Positions 29,342 through 39,701 of a DNA stretch of 64,000 bases are shown one piece after another. A model generated the notes under the pieces. That model had not been told where the DNA came from. It searched no databases and was given only the letters and a program-made list of their open reading frames with translations. Where the stretch lies: NCBI GenBank assembly GCA_963798085.1, contig CAWCRS010000003.1, positions 256,001-320,000 of the forward strand. Reading direction: 5' to 3'. The DNA is from an uncultured Gemmatimonadales bacterium. GTDB lineage: Bacteria; Gemmatimonadota; Gemmatimonadetes; Longimicrobiales; RSA9. The position numbers and the translations under genes were made by a program. Each line of letters opens with the position of its first letter. Positions within the stretch are counted from its first letter, which is position 1.

Positions 29342-31957
29342 CTAACTTTCTCCTGCCTCGCGGCTCTCCGGCAGGATGCCGCGATCGTGCACGGCGGCGA
29401 TGGCCTCGGTGCGTGTGGCAACGCCGAGTTTGCCGAGAATGGCGGAAACGTGGTGGTCGACCGTGCGTGGCGAGAGGAAGAGCTCGCGCGCGATGGCGGA
29501 ATTGGAAAGCCCACGCGCGAGGAGTGCCAGCACGCGGGTCTGGCTGCGCGTGAGTCCGGCGGGATGCTGGCGGGTTGTGCTACGCTGCCCGCGTGGGATA
29601 CCCGCGAAACCGCGAGCGCGCAGGTCGCGCCGGACCGCGGCCGCGCTGGCGTTGGCGCCCAGGCGCTCGAGCTGCTCGAGTGCTTCACGATGCGCCGCCG
29701 GATCATTGCCATCGGCGAGTGCGAGCGCGCGCTCGTAGGGCGCACCGATCGCCTGCCACTGTGCGGCCGCCCCGCGCCAGTCGCCCGCGAACAGGTGCTG
29801 GAACGGCTCCGGCATCGCATCGGGCACGGCGTCGAGTCCACCCGCTCGCCGCAGCCAGCTGGCGAGCAGGCCCTGCGCCCAGAGGTCGTCGCTCGCCAGC
29901 GCGGTCGCGTACGCTTTCCTGATGTCGCCGACGACCGCGGCGAGGTCGCCCCGGATCCAGGCCGCTTCGGCGAGTGCGGCGGTGGCCGGCGCCAGGCGTT
30001 GCGTCTCTTCGGTCCGGGTGGCGAGGGCCATGGCCTCGTCGAGCAGCTCGGCCACGCCATTTGCGCCGCGGCGCGCTCGCAGCAGCGCCAGCACGATGAG
30101 TGGCTGACAGCGTGTTACAGTCAGCGCCTGGTACCTGCCCAGAATGGTCTGTGCATCACGCTCGGCCGCAGCCCAGTTGCCATGTTCCAGCTCCAGCCGC
30201 GCGCGCCATCCGAGAATGTAGAACTCCCAGGTCTCGATCTCGTGGTCAATGGAAAAGCGCAGCACCATGGCGACGCTCTGCACCGCCCGCTCATAGTCGC
30301 GGTGGCGCACATCGTTGCAGGCGATGTTGGTGTAGCCGCGCACGGCGTGTTCGTGGAAGCCGTGTCGGAGCGCCAGCTCGATGGCGCGCTCGATGCGCTT
30401 GCGCCCCTGCCCGGACTGTGGTGTGTACATCTCGGCGGAGCCGACATTGGTGAGCGCGTGCACGAGCGTCTCGGTATCACCCACCTGCTCCGCCATGGCG
30501 ATGGCGCGCTCGCCCCACGCGATCGTGCCGTTGGCCTGGTCCGCCAGCATGGCAAGCTGCGCGAGGTTGCTGTACGCCATGGCCAGCTCGGGCGTCGGCC
30601 CGAGCGGCTCCAGCACCTGAATGGCCAGTTCACCCAGCGTGCCGGCCTCGGCCCGCCGGCCGCTGAACCACGCGAGGCGCGAGAGCCAGCGCAGGTTGCC
30701 GCCTTCGCGCACGCGGTCATCCAGCTGGCGGCGCAGCGCCAGCGCCCGTTCGCGCACCTGGATGGACTCCGCTATGCCACCCGTCATGTACAGCTCGAAC
30801 GAGTAGGCTTCGAGCAGCGTCGCCAGTTCGGGCGGCGCCAGCCCGTCCGCGTAGCGCATGGCCGTGGCGTACTGCGCGGCGGCCTGACGGTGCGCGCCCA
30901 CAGCCATCGCTTCACGCGCAGCCGCGCTCGCGAAGTGCAGGACGCGCTGGCCATCGCCCGCGCCATCCGCGTGGTGGACGATGCGCGCCAGCTCGCGACT
31001 GCCCGCCTCTCGATCCAGCAGCGCCTGGAGAATGCGGGCGTGCAGCAGGCGATCCGTACCCGGTTCCAGCGACGCCTGCCACGCCAGGCGCGCCAGTTCG
31101 TGCCTGAAACCCACCGCCTCGGCGGCGACCGCCAGCACGCCGGTGCTGGCACACTCGCGTACCAGCGCGGGCGCACCATCCACCAGGGTTTCCAGCAGAC
31201 GACGCTCCATCCGGCCGGGTGCCAGCGACACCACATCGAGGAGCCCGCGCGCCGGGGCGGAGAGTCGCGCGGCGCGGGCCAGCACCGCTTCGCGAATGGA
31301 AGCCGGCACGGCACCCCCGCTCGATGCCAGCACCTCGGTCACGAAGAAGGGATTGCCGCCCGTCAGCGTGAACAGACCCTCGCCGGCGTGGCCGCTGCGC
31401 CGCGCCAGTTCGCGCACGGCGGCATCGCTCAGCAGCGGCAGGCGCAGCCAGCGCACCACGCCCGCGGGCAGCTCGCCTAACAGCTGATGCAGGCGATGCT
31501 GCGAACCCACCTCATCGTCGCGGTAGGTGATGAGCAGCAGTGCGGGAAAGCGACGAATGCGCCGGCCCACGAACTTGAGCAGATCCAGCGTCGCGTCGTC
31601 GGCCCAGTGCACGTCTTCCACGAGCACCATGCGCGGCGACGGCGCCACGTCCAGCTCCTCGAGGAAGGCGCTGAACACGCCCTCGCGGCCTTCGCCCGCG
31701 CGCAGTGCCGCCGAGAGCGGCCCATCGGACTGGCGCGTCATGTCGTGGATCGGACCGAGCGGCCGCGGGGTGGACAGAGGATCGCAGAGGCCGCGCAGCG
31801 CGCGACCGCCGTGCGTGGCCGTGAACCGCTCCGCCAGGCTGGTCTTGCCCGCACCCGCCTCGCCGCAGACCGCCGCGATGTGGCCAGCGCCCGCGGCCGC
31901 GTCGCGCAGCAGCGACTCCAGTTCCGCCAGGATGGGCTCGCGCTCGAGAAGGTCCAT
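29342..31957 (-). CDS. LuxR-family STAND regulator (AAA ATPase - TPR - LuxR HTH)
   Basis: GEAGAGKTSL, VEDVHWADDATLDLL, TGGNPFFV, C-terminal GLSN..IA..LFLSPRTVDHHVSAIL.KLGV. Confidence 0.92.
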   Translation of the reverse strand: MDLLEREPILAELESLLRDAAAGAGHIAAVCGEAGAGKTSLAERFTATHGGRALRGLCDPLSTPRPLGPIHDMTRQSDGPLSAALRAGEGREGVFSAFLEELDVAPSPRMVLVEDVHWADDATLDLLKFVGRRIRRFPALLLITYRDDEVGSQHRLHQLLGELPAGVVRWLRLPLLSDAAVRELARRSGHAGEGLFTLTGGNPFFVTEVLASSGGAVPASIREAVLARAARLSAPARGLLDVVSLAPGRMERRLLETLVDGAPALVRECASTGVLAVAAEAVGFRHELARLAWQASLEPGTDRLLHARILQALLDREAGSRELARIVHHADGAGDGQRVLHFASAAAREAMAVGAHRQAAAQYATAMRYADGLAPPELATLLEAYSFELYMTGGIAESIQVRERALALRRQLDDRVREGGNLRWLSRLAWFSGRRAEAGTLGELAIQVLEPLGPTPELAMAYSNLAQLAMLADQANGTIAWGERAIAMAEQVGDTETLVHALTNVGSAEMYTPQSGQGRKRIERAIELALRHGFHEHAVRGYTNIACNDVRHRDYERAVQSVAMVLRFSIDHEIETWEFYILGWRARLELEHGNWAAAERDAQTILGRYQALTVTRCQPLIVLALLRARRGANGVAELLDEAMALATRTEETQRLAPATAALAEAAWIRGDLAAVVGDIRKAYATALASDDLWAQGLLASWLRRAGGLDAVPDAMPEPFQHLFAGDWRGAAAQWQAIGAPYERALALADGNDPAAHREALEQLERLGANASAAAVRRDLRARGFAGIPRGQRSTTRQHPAGLTRSQTRVLALLARGLSNSAIARELFLSPRTVDHHVSAILGKLGVATRTEAIAAVHDRGILPESREAGES

Positions 31958-32152
31958 GGGCCGGGGTTTCCTGCGGAAATGGAGTGCGGCTCGCCGGGAA
32001 AGATGCGGGCGGCGGGGAAGCGTCGTCCAGAGCGAAGGCGGGACCGGCCTCGGCGCGGCAGTCACGGAAGTATGGCGGGTGCTGCCGCCGGCAGGCAGCC
32101 GGCGCGGGGGCCACCCGGGCGACGCGCTTCGCCTCCCGGGTGGAGCCTCGTC

Positions 32153-34505
32153 TTACTGCGGGATGAAGCTGAGCCTCAGACTGGCGTACCAGCCAGTCTT
32201 GTAGGGGGCCGGGATGATGAAGCCGTCGCCGTGCCCGCCGTCCTCGTCGAGCGCCAGCCCGGCGTAGTTCGGACCCACGAACAGGAACGCCGGATACGTG
32301 CTGCCCGTCAGGTTGTCCGCGCCGCCGTACAGGTCGATGCGCCAGCGGTTGTGGATCGCGCGCTGGATCCCGGCCTTCAGGTCCATCAGCGAGTAGCCGT
32401 TCACAAAGGTCGAGTTGTCGAACGTGATCGCCTGCCTGTCGACGTGCTGGTACGTGCCGTTGAGGTAGACGCCGCCGCTGAGCAACAGATCGAGGCCCGC
32501 GTTGAAGACGTTCTTCGGCACGCGCGGCACCTGGTTCCCGGAGAAGTCCACGGTGCTCGCGCTGTGGTTGTTGTCGCTCTTGAAGTCGATGAACTTCGCA
32601 TCCGTGTACGAATAGGTGAGCCACGGCCGCACGCGGGACAGCGGGCGCCCGGGCTGGTCCACGGCGAGCAGGCTGAGCGACACCTCAGCGCCGCGGTTGC
32701 GCTGCTTGCCGGCGTTCGTCGTGTACGTCACCGAATTCGACGTCGCGGAAACCAGCTTGTCCGTGTTCTCGACGTCATAGAGCGCGATGCGCCCCGAGAG
32801 CCGGTGCGCCGCCATCGATCCCTGCGCGCCCACCTCGTACTGCACGGCGCGCTCCGGCTTGAGCGCCAGATCCACCGTGCCGTCGTTCGCCACCGTGTTG
32901 CCGAGCAGCGGCGGCGCGTAGCCCGAACCCACGCTGGCGTACAGCGAGGTCGCACTGCCCAGCTCCTTCGCGAACGACACGTGCGGCGTGAACACCGCGT
33001 CGAAGGTGCGCACGCGCACCAGCGCGCTGTCGAACACCACGTTGTTGCGCAACATGTTCTGAATGGCGAACCCATCCTTGTGGTAGCCCGCACCCAGCGT
33101 CAGCCGCGTGCCCGCCGGCATGTCGAAGCTCCAGTCCGTGAACAGGGCCGCGTTGGTGGCGTAGTTCTGCTGGTCGCTCGGCCGCTGCGGGTTGGGCGGC
33201 GCGGGCACGATGAACACGCCGTTGCTCGTGACATTGGAGCGCTGCAGCATGCCGCCGAAGGTGCCGCTCACGCCCACACTGCTGCCCAGCCGGCCGGCGA
33301 CCCCCAGCACGCTGCGCGCACCGAAGCTGAACTGGTTGTTGTTGGTCAGGCCGTGCGCGAAACGCTGATCGTACGTCAGACCCGTCCCGTACAGCGTGGT
33401 GCGATCGGTGAAGCGATCGCTCAGCTGGATGTGGTCGGTCACGCCCGCCACGAAGCCGTTCATGACGATGTGCGAGTTGTTCGCCAGGTACGCCGCGTTG
33501 CTGCGCGGATTGCGCGCGTACAGGTCCGTGGTGTCGATCTCGCCCGCCAGCTCCTCGAAGGAACGGTTGTAGGCGAAGTACGACGAAAGGGTGTGGCTGT
33601 CCGAGGCCTGGAAGTCGCCGGTCGCACTCACGAAGTGCTTCTCCGACCCGCTGTGCGGGCGGAACGAGTCGTAGGTCTGGTAGCCGTAGTTGAGCACGAA
33701 ATCGGAACGGTCCGTCGCCTTCTCGAACGTCGTGTTAGTACGCAGTATGCCGTCCGTACCGCCCAGCAGCTGCTGGCTGAACGACGTCTCGTCGGGCGCG
33801 GGCCGCTCCGTGCTCAGGCGCAGCGCGCCGCCAATGAAGCTGCCGAACTCCGGCGACGCCGGCCCCTTGATGATATCCACGCGCCCGAGCGTCGCGAAAT
33901 CCACGTCATCCAGAATCGTGAGGCCGGAGGCATCCGTGATCGGGATGTCGTTCAGGAATACCTGGTAGCCCAGCCCGTTCGAGTTGGGGCTGTTGCCGCT
34001 GGTGCTCGGGTAGTAGCCGCGAATGGTGACGCGCGTGCCGCCCCACGGCGTGCGTGACTGCATGAACACACCCGGCACCGTGTTGATCGAACTCTCCAGG
34101 CGCAGCTCATTGGCGCGCTCCAGATCGTGCTGCGTCAGCAGGCTCACCGCCGGCGTCGCGCGCGTGGCCACCGCCTGGATCCCCGGTATCGGCACCGCGG
34201 CCGGCGCCAGCCGGATGTTCAGCACGCCATTCGCATTCGCCACATCCACCTGTTTCGCGGCGTAGCCCAGGCTCGACACCGTCAGGCTCGAGACCGGCTC
34301 CCGCGCGCGCAGCGTGAAAGAGCCCGCCTCGTTCGTCACTGTGCCCCTGTCCGTCCCCGTGATCCGCACGGCGGCGCCGGCAATGGCCGAGCCCGTCTGC
34401 TGATCCACGACCGTGCCCTGCACCAGCGTCTGCGCGTGCAGCCTGGCCGGCATCACAGGGAGTAGCGCGCCGAGCAGCGCGATGCACGATCGGAGTCTAG
34501 TTCAT
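32153..34505 (-). CDS. TonB-dependent receptor with N-terminal carboxypeptidase-regulatory-like domain (1-bp deletion just after the start)
   Basis: Signal peptide M-(K)TRLRSCIALLGALLPVMPARLHA. GTVTNEAGSF, plug motifs IRG and RVDIIKGPAS..GG, LKPE, NAGK, C-terminal beta strand. Confidence 0.88.
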
Positions 34506-34524
34506 GAGTGGTGTCCCGGCATAG

Positions 34525-34545
34525 GTTCATGAAACTTTCATGAAC
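34525..34545. promoter_or_regulatory. Perfect 10-1-10 palindrome / TTCATGA direct repeat, probable response-regulator site
   Basis: GTTCATGAAA-C-TTTCATGAAC, about 20 bp upstream of the TonB receptor start. Confidence 0.65.
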
Positions 34546-34596
34546 GCGACGATACGCGACGGGACCCACCGCTGCAAGGCGGAACCCGCAACGCGA

Positions 34597-36054
34597 CTAC
34601 GCGTTGGGGCCGGTGAGCGGCGGCGACCCGGCCGCGAGCGGGAGGGTGACGCGGAACTCGGTGCGGCCGGGGCGGGAGTCGGAAACCACGAGACTGCCGC
34701 GATGCAGTTCGACAATGCGGCGGCAGATGGAGAGGCCGAGGCCGGCGCCGCTCGTGAGTGTGCTTTCCTGCCGGGAGCGGGCGACGTCGACCCGGAAGAA
34801 GCGTTCGAAGATGCGTTCGCGCAGATGGGCGGGAATGCCGGGTCCGGCGTCGACCACGGAGAGCTGGCAATGGGTCGCGCTGCTGCGCAGGGACACGCGG
34901 ACGCTGGCGCCGGCCGGCGAGTGTTTGATGGCGTTGTCGAGGAGGTTGAGGATGACGCTGTCGAGGAGGTCGGCGTCGCCGGTCAGCGGGACTTCCACAA
35001 TGTCGAGGATCTCGAGTGCGATGTCGCGCTTGTCGGCGATGGGCTTGACCGTGCGGACGGTGTCGCGGACGAGGTCGTCGAGGTAGAGCGGCGCGGGCAG
35101 GGGCACGAGATGGCCGGCATCGGCGCGGGCAATGAGGAACACGTCGTCGACGATGCGTGCGAGCCGCCGCGACGCGTCCTGCACCACGGCCAAGGAGGCG
35201 CGGTACTCGTCTTCGCTGCGCGTGGCGCGTGACAGGGTCACGTCGGCTTCGGTCCGGATGATTGCGGAAGGCGTGCGCAGCTCGTGGGAAGCGTCGGTCA
35301 TGAAGCGACGCTGCTGCTCGAAGGACTTTTCGAGTCGGTCGAGGAGGTGATTGAGGACGCGGGCCAGTTCGCCCAGCTCATCCTCGGCGCCGGCGGGCAG
35401 CCGCTCGTGCAGTGTGCTGGCGCCGATGGCGGCGGCATGGGCGGCCATGGCGGCTACGGGCCGAAGGCTCCTGCGCGTGAGGAAGGATGCGCCCGTGGCG
35501 GCACAGGCGAGGATGAGCGGGATGGCGATGAGGAACAGGCGCCGGATGCGCTTGAGCATCGCCTCCGAGGCCGCGAGCGGGTGCACACCGGCGATGAAGA
35601 AGCTCCGGTTTCCGACGGCGAGCCGGCGCACGAGGACGCGAAACGGGATGCCGTCCGTGCGCACGGTGCGCGGCAGACCTGAGGCATCGGCGGCGAGTCC
35701 TGCGCGCGCCAGGACGGAGTCCAGGTCCGGCACGGATGCGTCGCCTGCATCCGCCGCGCTCCGGCCGACGATGGCGCCGGTGGTGTTGAGGATCACGATG
35801 TCGACTTCGCGGAAGCGCACTTCCTCGAGCGTGCGGCGGATGGCGGACTCAATGTCGGGCCCGGCGCGCCGTTCGGAGCCCAGCTCGCGGGAGAAGACGG
35901 TGAGGGCATCGCCCACGAACGCGTCGGTGCGGACGCCGATGGTGCTGGAGAAAATGAGATAGGACGCGATGGCGAAAGCGATGAGCGGCAGCGCCAGGGC
36001 CACCGTGTACCAGAGCGTCAGTCGGGTTCGGACCGATGTGGGGACGACGCGCAT
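34597..36054 (-). CDS. Sensor histidine kinase (HAMP-HisKA-HATPase, CusS/CzcS-like layout)
   Basis: RLTLWY, DELGELA, FMTDASHELRTP, NLLDNAIKH, DAGPGI, FERFFR, GAGLGLSI. Confidence 0.92.
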   Translation of the reverse strand: MRVVPTSVRTRLTLWYTVALALPLIAFAIASYLIFSSTIGVRTDAFVGDALTVFSRELGSERRAGPDIESAIRRTLEEVRFREVDIVILNTTGAIVGRSAADAGDASVPDLDSVLARAGLAADASGLPRTVRTDGIPFRVLVRRLAVGNRSFFIAGVHPLAASEAMLKRIRRLFLIAIPLILACAATGASFLTRRSLRPVAAMAAHAAAIGASTLHERLPAGAEDELGELARVLNHLLDRLEKSFEQQRRFMTDASHELRTPSAIIRTEADVTLSRATRSEDEYRASLAVVQDASRRLARIVDDVFLIARADAGHLVPLPAPLYLDDLVRDTVRTVKPIADKRDIALEILDIVEVPLTGDADLLDSVILNLLDNAIKHSPAGASVRVSLRSSATHCQLSVVDAGPGIPAHLRERIFERFFRVDVARSRQESTLTSGAGLGLSICRRIVELHRGSLVVSDSRPGRTEFRVTLPLAAGSPPLTGPNA

Positions 36055-36058
36055 CGGT

Positions 36059-36757
36059 TCAGCCGTTCCCGGTGTCCTCGCCGGCCGCGGCGTCGGGGTC
36101 CAGCAGGTAACCGACGCCGCGGCGGGTCGCAAAGAGCGGCACGGTTTCGCCCTCGTCGATCTTGCGGCGCAGTCGGCTGGCGTAGACATCGATGACGTTG
36201 GAATGGGCGTGGCTGTCATCCCAGACGTGTGTCATCAGATCGCTGCGTGGCACCACGCTGCCGGCATTCCTGGCGAGGTGAACGAGGAAGGTGAACTCCT
36301 TTGCGGTCAGCTGGATCTCGCGCGCACCGCGGCGCACCGTGCGCCGCCGCGTGTCGATCACGAGATCGCCGACCTGCAGCTGAGGCATGGACTTCTCACC
36401 GCGGCGGCGGGTGAGCGCGCGCAGTCGAGCCAGCAGCTCGCCGAAATCGAACGGCTTGGGCAGGTAGTCGTCGGCGCCGGCATCGAGTCCCTCAATGCGG
36501 GCATCGACGCCGTCGAGTGCCGTGAGCATGAGCACCGGCACCCAGTTCTCTTTCACGCGCAGCTCGCGGCACACCGCGATGCCGTCCTTCCCGGGCAGCA
36601 GGATGTCGAGGATAACGCAGTGATAGGATCCGGCCGCGGCCATGGCGGCAGCGTGCAGGCCGTCCGCCGCCTCATCGACCTCGTTGCCGGCTTCCCGGAG
36701 CCCGCGCGCCATCGACGTGCGGAGCTGGTTGTCATCTTCGACGAGCAGGATGCGCAT
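36059..36757 (-). CDS. OmpR-family response regulator
   Basis: MRILLVEDD, ILDILLP, GADDYLPKPF, NVIDVY..LRRKID, RRGVGY. Confidence 0.93.
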   Translation of the reverse strand: MRILLVEDDNQLRTSMARGLREAGNEVDEAADGLHAAAMAAAGSYHCVILDILLPGKDGIAVCRELRVKENWVPVLMLTALDGVDARIEGLDAGADDYLPKPFDFGELLARLRALTRRRGEKSMPQLQVGDLVIDTRRRTVRRGAREIQLTAKEFTFLVHLARNAGSVVPRSDLMTHVWDDSHAHSNVIDVYASRLRRKIDEGETVPLFATRRGVGYLLDPDAAAGEDTGNG

Positions 36758-36853
36758 GGGCCGGAGCGGTTCGTTTGCGGGCGTCATCGTGCGCCTGTAA
36801 CCTATGCCTCCCCTCACCACACCACGACCCCCCACGAACAAGGACGCGCAGCC

Positions 36854-37779
36854 ATGGCCATGACGCCACCTCGCCTCGGGATATCCCTGCTGCTGCTGGG
36901 CTCACTTGCCTGCGGTGGGGGGGACGCAGCCGACCGGGCACAGCCGGGCGCCGCCGCGGCAGCGGAGTCCTTCGATCTGAGCCGGGTGGTGTGCGTGTCG
37001 AAGCAGATCAACGAATTCATGTACGCGATCGGCGCGCAGAATGAGCTGGTGGGGCGTCGACCTGACGTCAGTCTACCCACCGGAGATCAAGGAGCTGCCC
37101 AACGTGGGCTACCACCGCGCGCTGAGCGCGGACGGCATCATGTCCATGAAGCCCACGTTCTTTCTGACTGACGGCAATGTCGGTCCGGAGGCCGTGCTGG
37201 ATCAGATCCGGAAGGTGGGGATCCCGGTGAAGGTGATGGCACCCGGTGGCACACCGGAGGATGCGCGGAAACTGCTGCGCGAACTGGGCGCGCTCTTCGG
37301 CAGGAAGGCGGCGGCGGACAGCATTGTCGCGGAGTGGCAGCGCGGGATGGATGCCGCTCTGGCCGACACGAGCCAGTGGTCCGCTGACACGAGCCCGCGC
37401 GTGCTGGTGATCCACTTCGGGCAGATGGTCAACAACTACCTGGGGGTCAAGTCGGGGGGAGCGGCGGGGCAGGTGCTGCACTGGGCCGGCGCGGAGAACG
37501 CGATGGACTCCGTGGGCGGCATGTCTCGCCTGACGCCCGAGCTGATCGCGCAGCTCAAGCCGGATGTCATCATTGCGACGGAGGTGGGCTTCGACCGCGT
37601 AGGGCAGTCCGGAGGAGTTCGCGACGCTGCCGGGGGTGAACCTGACGCCGGCCGCGAAGAACGGCCGGATCTACCGGATCGAAGAAGACAAGATCATGTA
37701 CTTCGGCCCGCGCACGCCGGCCGCGGTCCGCGAGCTCGCCGCAGATCTCCACCCCGGGCTGCAGCCTGACGGAAGCTGA
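36854..37779 (+). CDS. hmuT: Heme ABC transporter substrate-binding lipoprotein, +1 frameshifts near 37055 and 37604
   Basis: Lipobox SLAC, VG|VDLTSVYP, VGYHRALSADG (heme-ligand Tyr motif), TPAAKNGRI..YFGPRT. Confidence 0.8.
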
Positions 37780-37793
37780 GCGCGCGTGTCCCG

Positions 37794-38859
37794 TTGCTGA
37801 AACGCCTGCCGGACGGCACGGTGCACCTGCTGCTCGGGCTGCTGCTGCTCGACGCGGTGATCGTGTCGGCGGGCATCGGGGCGCTCTCGTTTTCGCCCGC
37901 CGAGAATGGTGCGCTATGCGGAGCAGGGACTGCACCGGCTTCCCGCGACGCCGCCGGAAGCGCTGGGCCGCAACGTCTTCCTGCAGCTGCGTCTGCCGCG
38001 CGTAGTGCTGGCCGGGCTCACGGGGGCGGTGCTGGGCGTCTCCGGCACGCTCATGCAGGGTCTGTTCCGCAACCCGATCGTCGAGCCCGGGCTCGCGGGC
38101 ACGTCGGCGGGAGCGGCGGTGGGCGCGGCGTTCGTGTTCGTGTTCGGCGGCAACACGGCGCTCGCCTTCACGAGGCCGCTGGGCTCGCTGGCGGTGCCGG
38201 TGCTCGCGTTCGCCGGCGCCTTCGCGGCCACGATGCTGGTGTATCGGGTGTCCACGGCGTTCGGCAAGGTCAACGTCTTCACATTGCTCCTCGCCGGCAT
38301 CGCGGTGAACGCGGTGTGCAATGCGGGCACCGGCTTCCTCTCGTACGTCGCACGCGACCCGCAGGCGCGAAACATCACGTTCTGGAACCTCGGCACCTTC
38401 ACCACCGCCGACTGGCGCGGCGTGGCCATGGTCGCGCTGTGCTTCGCGCTCTGCTTCGGCTGGACGGTGCGCAAGGGCAAGGCGCTCAATGCGCTCATGC
38501 TCGGCGAGGATGAGGCGAGCTACCTCGGCATCGATCCGTCCCGGCTGATCCTGACGCTGCTGATCGTGAACACGCTGATGGTGGCGGTGGCGACGGCGAT
38601 GGTCGGCGTCATCGCGTTCATCGGCCTCGTGGTGCCGCACATGCTCCGCATCACGAAGTCGGCCGACTACCGCTTTCTCATCCCCGGCTCGGCGCTACTC
38701 GGCGCGGTACTCATGGAAGTGGTGGACACGATCGCCCGCCTCATCATCCCGCCCGCGGAACTGCCCATCGGCATCATCACGGCCATGGTGGGTGCGCCGG
38801 TCTTCCTGTGGATCCTGCTGCGCCAGCGGGGAAAGGGTGGCGCGGGCTTCTATGGTTGA
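37794..38859 (+). CDS. hmuU: FecCD-family heme ABC permease, +1 frameshift near 37905
   Basis: LRLPRVVL, QGLFRNPIVEP, LGEDEASYLG, FIGLVVPH, ELPIGIITA..GAPVF. Confidence 0.85.
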
Positions 38860-39637
38860 GCTGCGGGACATTGCCTGGCGCGTGGGTCAGGCGCGCATTC
38901 TCGAGGACATCACACTGGGCTTCCGCCGCGGCGCTTTCAACTGCGTGCTCGGGCCGAACGGCGCCGGCAAGTCGACGCTGCTCCGCATCGCGACCGGGCT
39001 GCTGCGGCCCAGCGCCGGCCGCGTGCTGTACGACGGCGCGCCGGTCGAGAGCATCGGCGCGGAAGCACTGGCCCGCGGGCGGGCCGTGCTGTCGCAGCAC
39101 GTCGAGCTGAGCTTCCCGCTGCCCGCGCGCGCGGTGGCCATGATGGGCCGGTATCCGCACTACGGGCGGGTGCCGGGCGCGCGGGACCGCGCCATCGTCG
39201 AACGCGCCCTGGAGATCGTGGGCATCGGCGAACAAGCGGACCAGGCGTATCCGACGCTGTCGGGCGGGGAGCAGCAGAAGGTGCAGCTGGCGAGGGTGCT
39301 GGCGCAGATCTGGAACTACGACTCGCCTTCGGGGCACAAGCTGCTCTTCCTGGATGAGCCGACGACGAGCCTCGATGTGCACTATCAGATCCACCTGCTG
39401 GACGTCGCCCGCGACCTGACACGGCACGACTGCACGGTGGTCGCCATCCTGCACGACCTCAACGTGGCGCTGCAGTACGGCGATGCGTTCTTCGTGCTGG
39501 ACGGCGGCCGCCTGGTGCACCAGGCGGATTCGGCCGGCGCCATCGAGGCCGACCTGATCGAGCGCGTCTTCCGCGTGCACGCCCACCGCATTGTCGATCC
39601 GCAGGACGGCCAGTCGCTCTGGCGCTTCAGGCTGTAG
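38852..39637 (+). CDS. hmuV: Heme ABC transporter ATP-binding protein
   Basis: GPNGAGKST, YPTLSGGEQQKVQLARVLAQ, LDEPTTSLD, ILHDLN. Confidence 0.88.
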   Translation: MVELRDIAWRVGQARILEDITLGFRRGAFNCVLGPNGAGKSTLLRIATGLLRPSAGRVLYDGAPVESIGAEALARGRAVLSQHVELSFPLPARAVAMMGRYPHYGRVPGARDRAIVERALEIVGIGEQADQAYPTLSGGEQQKVQLARVLAQIWNYDSPSGHKLLFLDEPTTSLDVHYQIHLLDVARDLTRHDCTVVAILHDLNVALQYGDAFFVLDGGRLVHQADSAGAIEADLIERVFRVHAHRIVDPQDGQSLWRFRL

Positions 39638-39701
39638 CGGCCTAGAACCAGTCGTTAGAGACGAGCGCCGCCATGAGCAGCGCTGTTCTTCCAACCGCCC
39701 G

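Noticed and set aside
31487..34057. Long antisense ORFs (also 29270-31480, 46002-48401, 41538-43220)
   Set aside because: They are shadows of GC-rich genes on the opposite strand and have no recognisable motifs.
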